Shown here in pieces: positions 50,000 through 61,769 of a stretch of 64,000 nt of DNA (position 1 is the first letter of the stretch; each line of letters begins with the position of its first letter). The notes beneath the pieces were generated by a model. The model was not told the origin of the DNA and ran no database searches. It saw only the letters and a program-made list of their open reading frames with translations. The DNA is from Squalus acanthias (lineage: Eukaryota): contig CM059425.1 of assembly GCA_030390025.1 (NCBI GenBank), positions 165,852,001-165,916,000 on the forward strand. The letters are read 5' to 3'. The position numbers and the translations under genes were made by a program.

Positions 50000-50645
50000 G
50001 ATTTCAGCCACAGAGACATTGAGGTTGGGGCAGAGACGGGCAACATCAATGTCAAAAAATAGGCAGTCTTGATAATGGAAAGGATGTGAGGTTTAAAGCT
50101 CAGGGAGGAACAGGACGTCAAGTTTTTTCAAGATCTGGTTCAATCTGAGTGAGTGGCCGGGGAGGGGAAGGAAATCAGTGACAAGAGAGCCAAGTTTATC
50201 ACGGGGAGTGAAAACGATGGCTTCAGTCTTTACAATATTAAGTTAGAGAAAGTTGTGGCTCATGCATGATGATGTTGGACAGGCAGTCTAGCAGCATGGA
50301 TATGGTCATAAGGTTTAGAGGGGGTGGTGGAGAGGTAGAGCTTGTCGTCATGAGTTTAAATGTGGAATCCAACCCTGTGCCTGCGGATGATGTCGCTAGG
50401 GTGACATGTAGACTAGGAAAGCAATGGTAGAACACTGGAGGGCTCCGGAGCTGACAGTGTTGGGAGAAGAGAAGCCATTACTGTTAATGTGCTGACTACG
50501 ATCAAATAGCTAGGAGTAGAATCAAGCAAGCCTGTCCTATGGAGCTAGACAATGGAAGAGAGGCAATGGGGGAGGGATAGCATGGTCCGTGTCAAACACT
50601 GAGAGAGATTGAGGAGAACAGGGAGGAATAATGCACCACATTAAC
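50000..50645 (-). mobile_element. L2 LINE fragment (RT region), decayed
   Basis: Parallels 53290-53880 (GAGAAGCCATT, AAAGCTCAG, GATGGCTT blocks). Confidence 0.65.
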
Positions 50646-50744
50646 CGAGAATGATTGGAGTGGACCTCAGTCTAGGAGCCCAACGCAGCAGAAGAGAAGA
50701 GCCCAGAAGCTAGTGGAGATCAGCCAGATGCCATTGAAAAACAG

Positions 50745-51110
50745 CCCTCCTTTGGTAAAGACAATGTATAACTGAGCAATGCAGATCAGAAGATCCCAGG
50801 TTTGATCCGAGTCTGTGCTAAGTCAGCTGAGCTCAGTTAGAGTGGTAGTAGGGCGTGCTAAAGTTGCCTTTGGTCGCCTGGTGTAGGAGGATACAATCAA
50901 CCAGCATTATCAAATGACTTCTGCTGAAAAGTATGCACCTGTTGATATGACAGGATGGGGCTTGGTTGCAATTTCCCCAAGGTTGAGTAGTCTGCTGACA
51001 CTCACTTTCCCAAGGTCACTTGAAAAATTACCATTTGGCAAAGGTACTGGAAGGTGATTGATGCCTGTGTAAATGTACCTCAGCTCGAGCTGATGCCTTC
51101 AGGAGGGGAA
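50745..51110 (+). mobile_element. SINE family X
   Basis: B-box-like CCCAGGTTTGATCC; shared body ending GCCTTCAGGAGGGGAAA. Confidence 0.55.
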
Positions 51111-52767
51111 ATAAAGGGAAGCCATTTGATTTATATTTTGTAAAGCAAGAAGATCCATGTTTGATAACTGACCTTTTTATGTGTGCTCTAGTACATTCTG
51201 TTTAGAAAATTTGGATAGGAAAATGTTTTCTTCATTTGTGGTGTGTGCTCCGATGTTTTGATATTGTTACAAATTGCCCATGCTAGCTGAAGCTAAGCCT
51301 GTCTGAGGACGTCTGATAGGCTGTCTTCAACAAGTGTGCTAATCGTAAATGTAGGAATACATTGGGAACTGTTTGGCACAAAGCTGAAAGAAGTCTTTGT
51401 GTGATTTGTTGGAGAAGGAAAAGACGGCTAGTAGGCAAGAACAAGCATCCTGCAAACTGATAGGATTCATGTCATGTAAGTCACAAAGAGTGGAATATGC
51501 TGATAGCCTTTCCTTAACAGATTTAAGATTAGTTTCATTCAGCTAGCACTGCTGAGCAGTGAATCAAATTAGCAATGTAAATCTATTGAGGTCTGTTAGA
51601 GAGGAAAAGATACATTTTTTGTAGATTATTAAAGAACGGCGCTGTTGGTTGAAGAGCATCCTTAATTTTGTACCAATCCAGAAACAGAGATAGCTAATTT
51701 GTATAATAGATGAGCTTCGTTGCCTAGTGATGTGTGAACCATCATTCTGTCACAGGAACTGCTTTCCATCTCCGAGAGTGAAATGAATGTCTTAGTGTCT
51801 TCTGTGTTATGTTTCAGATGATTAAAAGCACTGTGGAGATCAGAAGCATTTTCTGGTAAGTTATTTTTTCTCCCTTTTCTCTCTTTGTTCCCTCTAAAGC
51901 AATTAATCACCGTTCTATTTGATTTTGTTCTTTCTATGCGAAGTGCAGAGATCCATTTTTCCTTACTGAGGCAATAGAATTTTACTGCATCTGTTGATGT
52001 TATCCCTACAAGTAAAATATTATTTTGGCTTTTGTGACATCAATAGATTTGTCTTTCATTTTATCTTGTAGAAACACTCTGAGAACATTGAGTGCATATT
52101 CGTAACTTTGCCTATTGGAACTTATGGAACTTAAACATGTTGTAAGTGGATCTTCTCCAAAAAGAAATCGTGTGTATATAAAGATTTGATATATTAGGCA
52201 CTTGAAAATCATTAAATATTTATGTAATAATTCATCTCTCATACCTGGCTGTTAATTTAGAACAGTGTCAATGAGATAGAAGCATTCCACCTACTTTGTT
52301 GGCATGCCTGTAAGAAACACTGTGTTACATCACCAATTTAAAATGAATTCTTTAGTTATCTATTAGACTCAACAAGCTATTTCCTCTCATTTTCCTCTCA
52401 GTACCTTTCAGAAATGGGGATGCTAAGAACAATCAATGTGTTGCATATTGTGGGCCCGAAATTCCAGTTGTGTCATTAGAACTGGGACTTTGGCCTCTTT
52501 CAGGTTGTGGCGCTGACCCCGCCATTAATTGCAGGCTCATATAATTTAAACAGGCAGAGTTGAGCAGGCTGTTTAAATGCATTGTGAGGGGAAGAGGGGG
52601 TGGAAAATGGTGTTGGGGTGGGAGTTAGGCCCAAAATGGGCCATGAATGGATACAGGAAAAAGGCCCAGCAAATACCCAGAGGGGATAGTGGGATGGAGA
52701 TGGGGGATAGCAGAAGTGGTGGCAGGAGTGGGGGATGGGGGCGGGAAAATACCTGGAGATGGGGCTA

Positions 52768-53920
52768 CAACAACTTGCATTTACATAGCGCCTTTAACAT
52801 AGAAAAACATCCCAAGGCTCTTCATAGAGACATATTCAGCCAAAAATGAACGCTAAGTTTAGAGAGTGAATTCCAGAGAGTGGGGCCCAGACAGCTGAAG
52901 GCATGATGTCAGTGGTGGGGTGAAGTGGGTACATTGCTCAAGAGCCACAGTCAGGGGAACAGAGTCACAAATGACATCCTCTATAACTGGTGTTGTAGGC
53001 TGGAGGAAGTCGTAGAGACAGGGAGGGGCAAGGCCATGAAGGGATTTAAACATAAGGATAACAATTTTAAATTGGAGGCATTGTAGATCAGCAAGGACAG
53101 GAGTTATGGGTGAGCAGGACTTAATGCAGCATAAGATACGGGCAGCAGAGTTTTGAATGAGCTGAAGTTTACAAAGCGTGAAAGATGGGAGGCTGGCCAG
53201 GAGAGCAGTGGACTCTGCAATCGACAAAGGAATAAATAAGAGTTTCAGCAACAGGGGCTGAGGTGGAGGCAGGTGATGTTATGGAGGTGGAAGTAGGCGA
53301 TCTTTGTGATGGAGAGGATATGGGATTGAAAGCTCAGCTCAGGATCAAATAAAATGCTGAGATTACAAATAGTCTGGTTCACCCTGAGACAGTGGCCGGG
53401 GAGGTGGTTGGAATTGATAGTAAGGATACAGAGTTTGTGGTGAGGGTCAAAGATGATGGCTTTGGTCTTCCCAATGTATAATTGGAGGAAAATGGAGTTA
53501 ATCTAATACTGGATATCGAATGAGCTGAGGCAGTGGAGGGATCGAGAGAGGTGGTGGAGAAGTAGAGCTTAGGTGTCATTAGCATCCATGTGAAAGCAGA
53601 CCCCGTGTCTTCGGTTCATATCACTAAGGGCAACATGTAAATGAGGAAGAGGAAGGGGCCAGGGATAGATCCTTAGGGGGCTCCATAAGTAACTGTGGGA
53701 GTGGGAAGAGAAGCCATTGCTGGAGATATTCTGACTACAATCGGATAGGTAAGAGTGAAACCAAGCGAGGGCAGTCCCATTGAGCTGGACAACGGAGGAG
53801 AAGCTTTGGAGGAGGATGGTATCGTCGATCGTGTCAGAGGCTGCAGAGAGGATGAGGAGGGAAAATGCACCACAGTAACAGAGGTTGTCACTGGTGACAG
53901 ATTAGGGAGGCAGAAACCTG
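52768..53920 (-). mobile_element. L2 LINE 3' portion
   Basis: KLQLIQNSAARIL...PITPVLADL...FKSLHGLAP; tail GGCGCTATGTAAATGCAAGTTGTTG. Confidence 0.85.
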
Positions 53921-54619
53921 ATGGAGCAGCAGGATGTAAAACCTGCTGCTGCTTAAAGTGGCAATGGCCAGATTGAAGAAACAAGCAGGAAAATTCAAAG
54001 AGCTGACTGCATCTCCTCATAATAGAGAAGCAGTGCAGGAGAGCCTGGCTGTCCGGGAGTGTGATGGCCAGAGACCCACCAAGAATGTGGTATGCACTTT
54101 GTGGAGGGAGGTGATTGTGCCATGAGTGCCACATCCTTAATTCCCGGGACTCCTTCGTAGTGCGGGAAGAAGTTTAACACCCGGAGCCGCCAAGGTAAGC
54201 AGCCTGCTCTTTATATGTGTGGCAATCATTACCCTTATGGATACAGAGGTGAAATTGGGATCTGACAGTGGGGAGTGGAGACTCTAGAGAAGTTAGCCCC
54301 TTTCTCCCGAGCCGAAGGACCTGGCCCTCAGATATCACCAGTGCAGCATCGATAGGTTTAAGAACAGCACAGACAGGCACCAGGAGGAGAGACACGGTGG
54401 TAAAAAGAAGCACTTGCTGTAAATCTATATGTGCACTGTAAAACCCCTTTGTGATATGCAGTCCAGTGTTTGGAATTAAGTCTGTTCTTTGATTTTTGTG
54501 TTTGAGACAATGTTTGGACATCAGTTTATCATGTTGAAAAGGTAAATAGCAGAACGGTCCAGAAATCACCCTGAGTCCTCTGTTCTTCCTAATCTTTTTG
54601 ATCAGGATAAGGGAATGAC

Positions 54620-55500
54620 TGTTAAAATAGAAAAACGTGCAGATTATGTGAATTTGCATAGAAGGGTCAACAGTGTAGAAGTAGTTTGCCAAAGAAGGGA
54701 CCGCTAAGATGCTATCCTTGGTTAGACATATTGATGTACTTTATATTGGAGAGGAATAAATAATGTGACAATATTGGATAGATGTGCACAATGGGCAAGG
54801 GAGGAAGAGAGGGACCCTTTTAAAATATACAATGTAAAAACGATTTGAGAATTATAAACTGACAGCCTGAGCCATCTCAGCTCTTTAATATAATAATTAC
54901 GAAAGTGAATAGAATGCTTATCAAGGGGACTTTGAAAATAATACTGAATTGGTGCAATGCCCTGGATATATACATTTAGAAAATTGCATCTCGCTCTGGT
55001 CTCTGGAGTGGCTGCAACAAAGAATAATTACAAATGATTTCTGGACTCAGATACCTCACCACATACAAAGATAGATTAAAGGAAAATATATCTTTTAAGA
55101 ACAAGGTAGGTTGGGAGGGAGACATGATATGAATATTCAAATTGGTGAAAGAACCTGATCAAATGGATTTTTATGCTGCATGTAGAAACAAAGAACAAGA
55201 TTTCAGTCACAATAGCAAGATTTTGAAGAAAACGTATAACAGGAAGAAAATGTTATGATTTCCTCTCTCTTGGGACATCAATCCTCTGGAATAAATCACT
55301 ACTTCATTTGATAAGTGTATGAACAATACATTTATTTAAAAGGGAGTTCCCTAAGTTTACTGCATCTGATATTGGAGCTAAAACTCTGCACGCAGATATG
55401 CAAATTAAGAGATAGCAGTTTTGAAGATTATTTGAATTGAAATGGTATAAAATGATATGGAATAGGGAAGACTTTTCGCCAAAATATAACCAGTAACTTA
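54620..55500 (+). mobile_element. Very old CR1 ORF2 3' remnant
   Basis: Vestiges HLENCISLWS, YKDRLKE and GGAGACATGATATGAATATTCAAA (GDMI.IFK) in the expected order. Confidence 0.55.
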
Positions 55501-57138
55501 GATTATAGAGGAAAGGGCTATGTGATCTAAATCTATAATTCTCATTCTATAATTCCCTGGATTCCGCAGATAAGTTTTAAGGCTCCCAGGTTCTCATTGA
55601 CATTTTTAATATTTCTGTATGATAGTTATCTGGACCTCCACATTCAATCTCTTTGCAAAGAATAAAGCATTTAGTCAGAGTGAGCAATTTTATTTAACCT
55701 CTAGCCAAATCTTTTTAGTATTTTTGTTGACATTTTTGCATTTCTCTGTACCCTATCTGTCCCAGTGCTATACTCCATTCCCTGGCTGAAAGAGTGGGTA
55801 GTCGGGCTGTTTCCCAGCTTCTCCCATATCTCTTTGCAACCAGTGGCTCAAGTTGAAACAGTTTCAATTATTTTATCCTTCCCTTCCTATAGAGTAGTTC
55901 CTGTTCTTGGCTCTCCTTGATGTGAACTCATACTTGATGTGGGTTCTCATGGGTAGAATCTGTGCAACATCACATTGGAGTATCATGTGCCACTTCATTG
56001 GCTATTTGCATAGTTTTTAATAGGTTTCTTGCAAAATAAAATAATTAGTGGATAAGTTTCAAAAGATATTCTTGAAAATGCAAAAGACATTTTGGAAGAG
56101 AGGAGAAGAGATAGACCTGAGTATAGTAAGAGGTTTCTCCCATTCTTTATAATTTAAAAATGGTGTCTAAGAAAGCACATTGTATCTTTAAATTAAATTT
56201 GGACTACTAAAATCAGAGGAAAGTTTTCAGCATAAAATGCTGATTTACTCTGAATATAGTAGCATATTCTTAAACTAGTCCTGTGCGTTATTAACCTAAC
56301 TTCATTAAGAGTGGGTGAAGTATTTTAGTTTGTCTACTGTGAAATAGTGATAGAACTAGTAAGGATCCATTCAAGATTTTAGGATTTTCCGAAGTATGAA
56401 ATTATGTTGGGAAAATTGACAGCAGCAAACTGACTCCAAACAGAAATATGTTGAGGTTGGTAAGTGTTATCATAGATTCATGACATCTGTTGTAAGATCC
56501 ATATAATTTTGCAGGTCTCTGCAATTCACTTTGGGGAAGTGGGAGAGAAACCAGGCAATCAAGCCAACAACATTTCAACAAAAAGTTTAAAAAACGCACA
56601 AAATCGCAATGCCATTCTTGTTCAAATAAATCTGATAATTTTAGTTATTTACTCTTCCTAACCTTTTGAATGGTCTATGGTTCATTGTGAGACAGTTGGC
56701 TCCAGTTTTCTCCTAATAATCAAGATTCTGATTTGTTCCTTCAAGTATCAAAATTAAGAATAAGAAGGAATGTTAAAAACAAATACTACAATATGAAAAC
56801 TCGTCAATAACATTACTGGCTCACAAAAGAACTATTTTTGGTTATAACAGTAGATTCAAGGAAGGTCAATTTATCTAACAGAGATACAGCAACTATAGTG
56901 TGTTCTGTAGTGGCTAGGAGACAACAAGTTTTTTTCGCCTCTCTTCCACCCCCACCCGCCCATTGTTCTGTCCCGTTTACATCTTTGTCCATCTGAAACA
57001 GGAGGCAAGAAAACAAGTCCCAATCTTCTAAATGACTCTCTTAGTGCAACTATATCCTCTATCAACAGAAAATGTACATGCTGGGAGACAATGATGATTT
57101 TAACTTCCACTGAGGCTACATTTAGTTTTCTCGCCTAG

Positions 57139-57169
57139 CAACCTGACCAAGAGTTAGCTGAAGCAGATT
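57139..57169 (+). other. Candidate 31-nt host micro-exon (QPDQELAEAD)
   Basis: Acceptor TTTTCTCGCCTAG, donor GTGAGT, frame 0 open. Confidence 0.4.
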
Positions 57170-57821
57170 GTGAGTATAGGTGACAGATTAGAATATCAGT
57201 ATAGTTGAAATGCGGCTCATGTGCATGTAAAATTATTCAACAACTGTCTCAAATATGGCAATACCAAGTTCCCTCATGAATCTTTCTTTATTTAAATCAT
57301 AGAAACCCCCTTGCACCTTTAGTTTTATTTCATAAGAACACAAGAATTTTTAGGAACCGAAAAAAATCATTAGGTCCAACAAGCCCATCATTTCTAAGGG
57401 TTCTATTTATAACCTGTGTCTTCATTTGAAGTTTTAATTTTTGTGACACAGGTCTCAAAGTGTATTTAATTTTGGGAGGAAGAAATTGTGGGGTTATAAT
57501 GGAAAAAAAGACATATTTCTGTGGTTCAGAAGTCTCACATGTTCCAGTCTTTTAACAGTTTCAGGATTTTCAGCAGGAATGCCCAATAGCACATATTTGT
57601 ATTACACTGCTAACAGTTGACATTTCACTCATGATATTAGAACATTCTGGAGAATCTAATATCTATTTTTAATGTTCAGCAGGGAACAAAATACTGAATT
57701 ACTAAAACTAATGCAGTTGTTTCTTATACTGTTGCTTCATCCAAACAGTAATTTTGGAATAACAACAGAAAACGCTGGAAAAACTCAGCAGGCCAGGCAG
57801 CATCCGTGGAGAGAGAAAGAG

Positions 57822-57858
57822 AGTTGACGTTTCAGGTCGATGACCTTTCATCAGAACT
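57822..57858 (-). ncRNA. Minimal type I hammerhead ribozyme motif
   Basis: AGUU-CUGAUGA-A-AGGUC(AUC)GACCU-GAAA-C-GUC-AACU. Confidence 0.75.
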
Positions 57859-58135
57859 GGGAAGAGCCGGAAATCAAATAGATTTAAGGCCAGGGTAAAG
57901 CTGGGAAAAGGGGGAGGGGATAAAGGAACAAAGGGGGAGATGAAGAGACATTAAGAGACATTAAGAGATATGCAAGGCTAGAGGTGGTGTTAATGTGACA
58001 GATTAAGGCTGAATGAAGTGTGAAATCCACTGGCAGAATGAAGGACAGCTGCCAGCTTCTAGGAGGAAAAAAAAGGTGGGGGGGGACAAATAAAAGGGTG
58101 GATAAAATAAAATATAAATGTGATTGGAGCTGAGG

Positions 58136-59995
58136 TTATGATATAAAATTGTTGAACTCGATATTGAGTCCAGAGGGCTGTAGCATGCCTAAACGAAAGA
58201 TGAGGTGCTGTTCCTCGAGCTTACGCTGAGCTTCCGTGGAACAGTGTAATAGACCGAGGACGGTGAGGTCAGAGTGGGAGTGAAGCGGTGAATTAAAGTG
58301 ACAGGCCACCGGGAGCTCGGGGTCCCCCTTACGGACTGAACGGAGGTGTTCCGCAAAGCGGTCACCCAATCTGCGTTTGGTCTCCCCAATGTAGAGGAGT
58401 CCACATCGTGAGCAGCGAATACAGTATACTAAATTGCAGGAAGTACAAGTAAATCGCTGTTTCACCTGGAAGGGGTGTTTGGGGCCCTGGACAGTGGGAA
58501 GAGGGGAGGTATAAGGGCATGTGTTGCATCTCCTGCGCGTGCACAGGAAGGTGCCGGGCGAAGGGGAAGGGGTGCTGGGGGTGGTAGAGGAGTGGACTAG
58601 GGTGTCGCGGAGGGAGCGGTCCCTACGGAATGCTGAAAGGGGAGGTGAGGGGAAGATGTGTTTGGTGGTGGGATCACGCTGGAGGTGGCGGAAATGGCGG
58701 AGGATGATCCGTTGAATGTGGAGGCTGGTGGGGTGAAAGGTGAGGACAAGGGGAACCCTATCGTGGTTCCGGGAGGGAGGGGCAGGGGTGTGGGCAGATG
58801 TGCGGGAGATAGAACGGACACGGTCGAGGGCCGTGTCGACCACGGTAGAGGGGAATCCTCGGTTGAGGAAAAAGGAAGACATGTCGGAAGCACTGGTATG
58901 GAAGGTGGCATCATCAGAGCAGATGCGGCGGAGACGGAGAAACTGGGAGAATGGAATAGAGTCCTTACAGGAGGCGGGGTGGGAGGAAGTGTAGTCCAGG
59001 TAGCTGTGGGAGTCGGTGGGCTTGTAGTGAATGTTAGTCAATAACCTATCCCCAGAGATGGAGATGGAGAAGTCGAGGAAGGGAAGGGAAGAGTCGGAGA
59101 TGGACCATGTGAAGGTGAGGGAAGGGTGGAAATTGGAAGCATAGTGAATGAAATGTTTTAGTTCAGGGCGAGAGCAGGAGACGGCACCGATACAGTCATC
59201 AATGTACCGGAAAAAGAGGTGAGGGAGGGGACCCGAGTAGGACTGGAACAAAGAGTGTTCCACATATCCCACGAAAAGGCAGGCATAGCTAGGACCCATG
59301 CGGGTACCCATAGCAACACCTTTAATTTGGAGGAAATGGGTAGAGTCAAAGGAGAAGTTGTTCAATGTGAGAACAAGTTCAGCCAGGCGGAGGAGGGTGG
59401 TGGTGGATGGGGACTGGTTGGGCCTCTGTTCAAGGAAGAAGCGGAGCACCCTCAGGCCATCCTGGTGGGGAATGGAGGTGTAGAGGGATTGTACGTCCAT
59501 AGTGAAGAGGAGACGGTTGGGGCCGGGAAACTGGAAACTGTTAAAATGGCGGAGGGCATCGGAAGAGTCGCGGATGTAGGTGGGAAGAGACTGGACAAGG
59601 GGAGAAAAAATAGAGTCGAGATAGGAAGAGATATGTTCCGTGGGGCAAGAACAGGCTGAAACGATGGGTCTACCGGGGCAGTCCTGTTTGTGGATCTTGG
59701 GAAGGAGGTAGAAGCGGGCTGTGCGGGGTTGGGGAACTATGAGGTTGGCGGCCGTGGGGGGAAGATCTCCAGAGGAGATGAGGTCAGTGACAGTCTTGGA
59801 CACGGTGGCTTGATGTTCGGTAGTGGGGTCATGGTCCAGGTGGAGGTAGGAGGAGGTGTCAGAGAGTTGGCGTTCAACTTCCGCTAGGTAGAGGTCGGTT
59901 CGCCAAACAACAACAGCGCCACCCTTGTCAGCAGGTTTAATGACAATGTCAGGGTTGGATCGGAGAGAATGGAGTGCTGCAAGTTCAGAGGGAGG
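58136..59995 (-). CDS. Penelope RT + GIY-YIG endonuclease, N-terminally truncated but uninterrupted (619 codons plus stop)
   Basis: IKPADKG (upstream of the ORF-track start), LPKIHK, DVQSLYTSIP, GVAMGTRMGP, RYIDD, CxxxxCxxC linker, VYCIRC..C...YIGET. Confidence 0.92.
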   Translation of the reverse strand, partial: PPSELAALHSLRSNPDIVIKPADKGGAVVVWRTDLYLAEVERQLSDTSSYLHLDHDPTTEHQATVSKTVTDLISSGDLPPTAANLIVPQPRTARFYLLPKIHKQDCPGRPIVSACSCPTEHISSYLDSIFSPLVQSLPTYIRDSSDALRHFNSFQFPGPNRLLFTMDVQSLYTSIPHQDGLRVLRFFLEQRPNQSPSTTTLLRLAELVLTLNNFSFDSTHFLQIKGVAMGTRMGPSYACLFVGYVEHSLFQSYSGPLPHLFFRYIDDCIGAVSCSRPELKHFIHYASNFHPSLTFTWSISDSSLPFLDFSISISGDRLLTNIHYKPTDSHSYLDYTSSHPASCKDSIPFSQFLRLRRICSDDATFHTSASDMSSFFLNRGFPSTVVDTALDRVRSISRTSAHTPAPPSRNHDRVPLVLTFHPTSLHIQRIILRHFRHLQRDPTTKHIFPSPPLSAFRRDRSLRDTLVHSSTTPSTPSPSPGTFLCTRRRCNTCPYTSPLPTVQGPKHPFQVKQRFTCTSCNLVYCIRCSRCGLLYIGETKRRLGDRFAEHLRSVRKGDPELPVACHFNSPLHSHSDLTVLGLLHCSTEAQRKLEEQHLIFRLGMLQPSGLNIEFNNFIS

Positions 59996-60285
59996 TATTT
60001 TGGAAATTCAGTTGGTTGTTTGGATGCCACTCTAATAACCTCAAAATATACTAACAACTTTGAATTTCTTTCTCGAGAGAAACACACAATATTGTGAGTG
60101 CAATACCAAGTAGTATGATTCAAAAAGACTTCTGCTAAAACCCCTATATAACTGACAGCTTATTTAAATAAGCGCAAGTGATCCTTTCCCGATACAACAC
60201 GACAGTGTTTGATGTATGAGGAGAGGCTGAATCCTAGTGCTGACTCTTCGACTTCCTTAGAAGTGTGACTTTCAACAGACATGCT

Positions 60286-60947
60286 GGGGGAGAAATTGGG
60301 TACCTTTGCACCTCCTGTTATCACCCCCGTTATGATGTCACGATCTCCTTCGCCCGGAGATTGTGACGTCATCGCCGTGCGCATTGCCCCGGTAGCGCCC
60401 CGGACCCGAACTTCAGTTCCGCCCCCTGCAGCATCGCCGGGCGAAAACACCGGCAGCTGCAGGAGGCGTTCATCGGGAGGCCGGGCGCTTCGGGGGCAAT
60501 ACTTAAAGGCAAGGTGGCCGAGGTAAGGAAAAAAATAATCAAATGCTCGTTTTCTGGTTTTTTTCCCTTTTTTCCCCAGCGATCGATCAGCCCGGCACTC
60601 TGCTGCAGTGCATCGGGATGATCAGGCCAGATCGCAGCTGCCGTCAGGGACCAGGTAAGGTTTCTCCTTACAGAGCCTGCAGCGATGGCCCTTCCCTTTA
60701 AGGGAGGGAAGGAGCCTTCCAACGCAGCAGCGCCGCACGGCCCAGTGTGCAGCGCTGCTCACCTACTGCCCCGCCTGTTGCCTGTTGTACTCCAGGAAGG
60801 AAGTGGAGCGCTTGATTTAATGTCCTCTTCCGTCCTGAAGTGTAAAACCGAATTTTTTAAAAGTTGAGAAACATTAGCGCCTGGCGCTAATTTTTTCAGC
60901 TTTTAAAAGTTATTGCCCCAAACGGGGCTATAACGAATTTCTCCCCC
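60286..60947. mobile_element. Harbinger-type MITE
   Basis: TIR GGGGGAGAAATT / AATTTCTCCCCC; flanks GCT / GGT; subterminal CCCCAAACGGGGC shared with the element at 61875. Confidence 0.78.
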
Positions 60948-61574
60948 GGTAAGTTTATCGATGTAAAAAAGAAACTGTGTTTGGGGGTCTCCTAAATCTG
61001 TCTCTTATGTATGCAATTTTTAATGGGATGGGAGTGCTGATGAAAGAATGGAATTATTTCCTTCCCTGGAGATTACAGCGGGCTGGACTTACCCACTGTC
61101 CAGACCAGACAAGTGTCAGCTGGGGAGAAGGGGACCAAAGGAAGAGAGAAAACATCATTTAAAAAAAAAGCATAGGCCATTGTGAATACTGATCACCTTT
61201 ATGATTCATGAACTTGCTTTCATATTCAGGCCAGACTGATGGAATTAAAGTTCTCACTCACAGCTGCAACAATCCTAAAAAAATTAGATTGGGCAGTTTG
61301 AACCTAATTGCGAGGGCACTTCAGTCACTAAAATTTGCCACTAAAATTAACAATCTTGGCTGGCCATGTCGAAGTGCTATTCTAATATTGTGGATATGGC
61401 ACATTATTTGAGAAGAATAAAGGGAGCTTTACTCTGCATCTATCCTATGCTAAACCTAACCCAAGAGTGCAAAAAGAGGGAATTGAATATATTTCCAATC
61501 ACGGACATTCCTCCTCTTTAGAAATTACAGAATTGACCCCCCCCCCCTCCATTTTAAGATACTAATAAGAAAAG

Positions 61575-61765
61575 GATATGCATTTATAGAGTGCTTTTTC
61601 ATGGCTCAGAAACATCTCGAAGCACTTCACATACAATAAATTACTTTGAAGTGCAGGAGCTGCTGTTATGTAGACAAATCTGGCAGCCATTTTGCACACG
61701 TTGATGAATGAACAGTTACTCTGTTTTTGGTGGTGTTAGCTCGGGGAGGAGAACTCCTCTTCTTC
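61575..61765 (-). mobile_element. Deu-SINE fragment, decayed
   Basis: ATGCATTTATAGAGTGCTTTTTCATG...TGGCAGCCATTTTGCAC...GGAGAACTCCTCTTCTTC. Confidence 0.65.
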
Positions 61766-61769
61766 AGAA

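Larger units (their letters stand above)
57760..59996 (-). mobile_element. Penelope-like element (Neptune-type), 5'-truncated, young
   Basis: ATTTTGGAA duplicated at 57751-57759 and 59997-60005; intact RT+EN frame; hammerhead in the 3' region. Confidence 0.95.

Noticed and set aside
49046..50072. Pro/Gly-rich overlapping ORFs
   Set aside because: Artefacts of the minisatellite, poly-C runs and (CA)n.
51854..52072. Selenocysteine codon from spliced TG|A
   Set aside because: No SECIS or redox motif seen and another stop follows within about 11 codons; a UTR reading is simpler.
54174..54692. 172-aa minus-strand ORF
   Set aside because: Non-AUG start, no recognisable motif, and partly antisense to a decayed CR1.
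56824..56993. Minus-strand candidate exon (MDKDVNGTEQW...)
   Set aside because: Good acceptor but weak donor, no partner exons and no recognisable protein.
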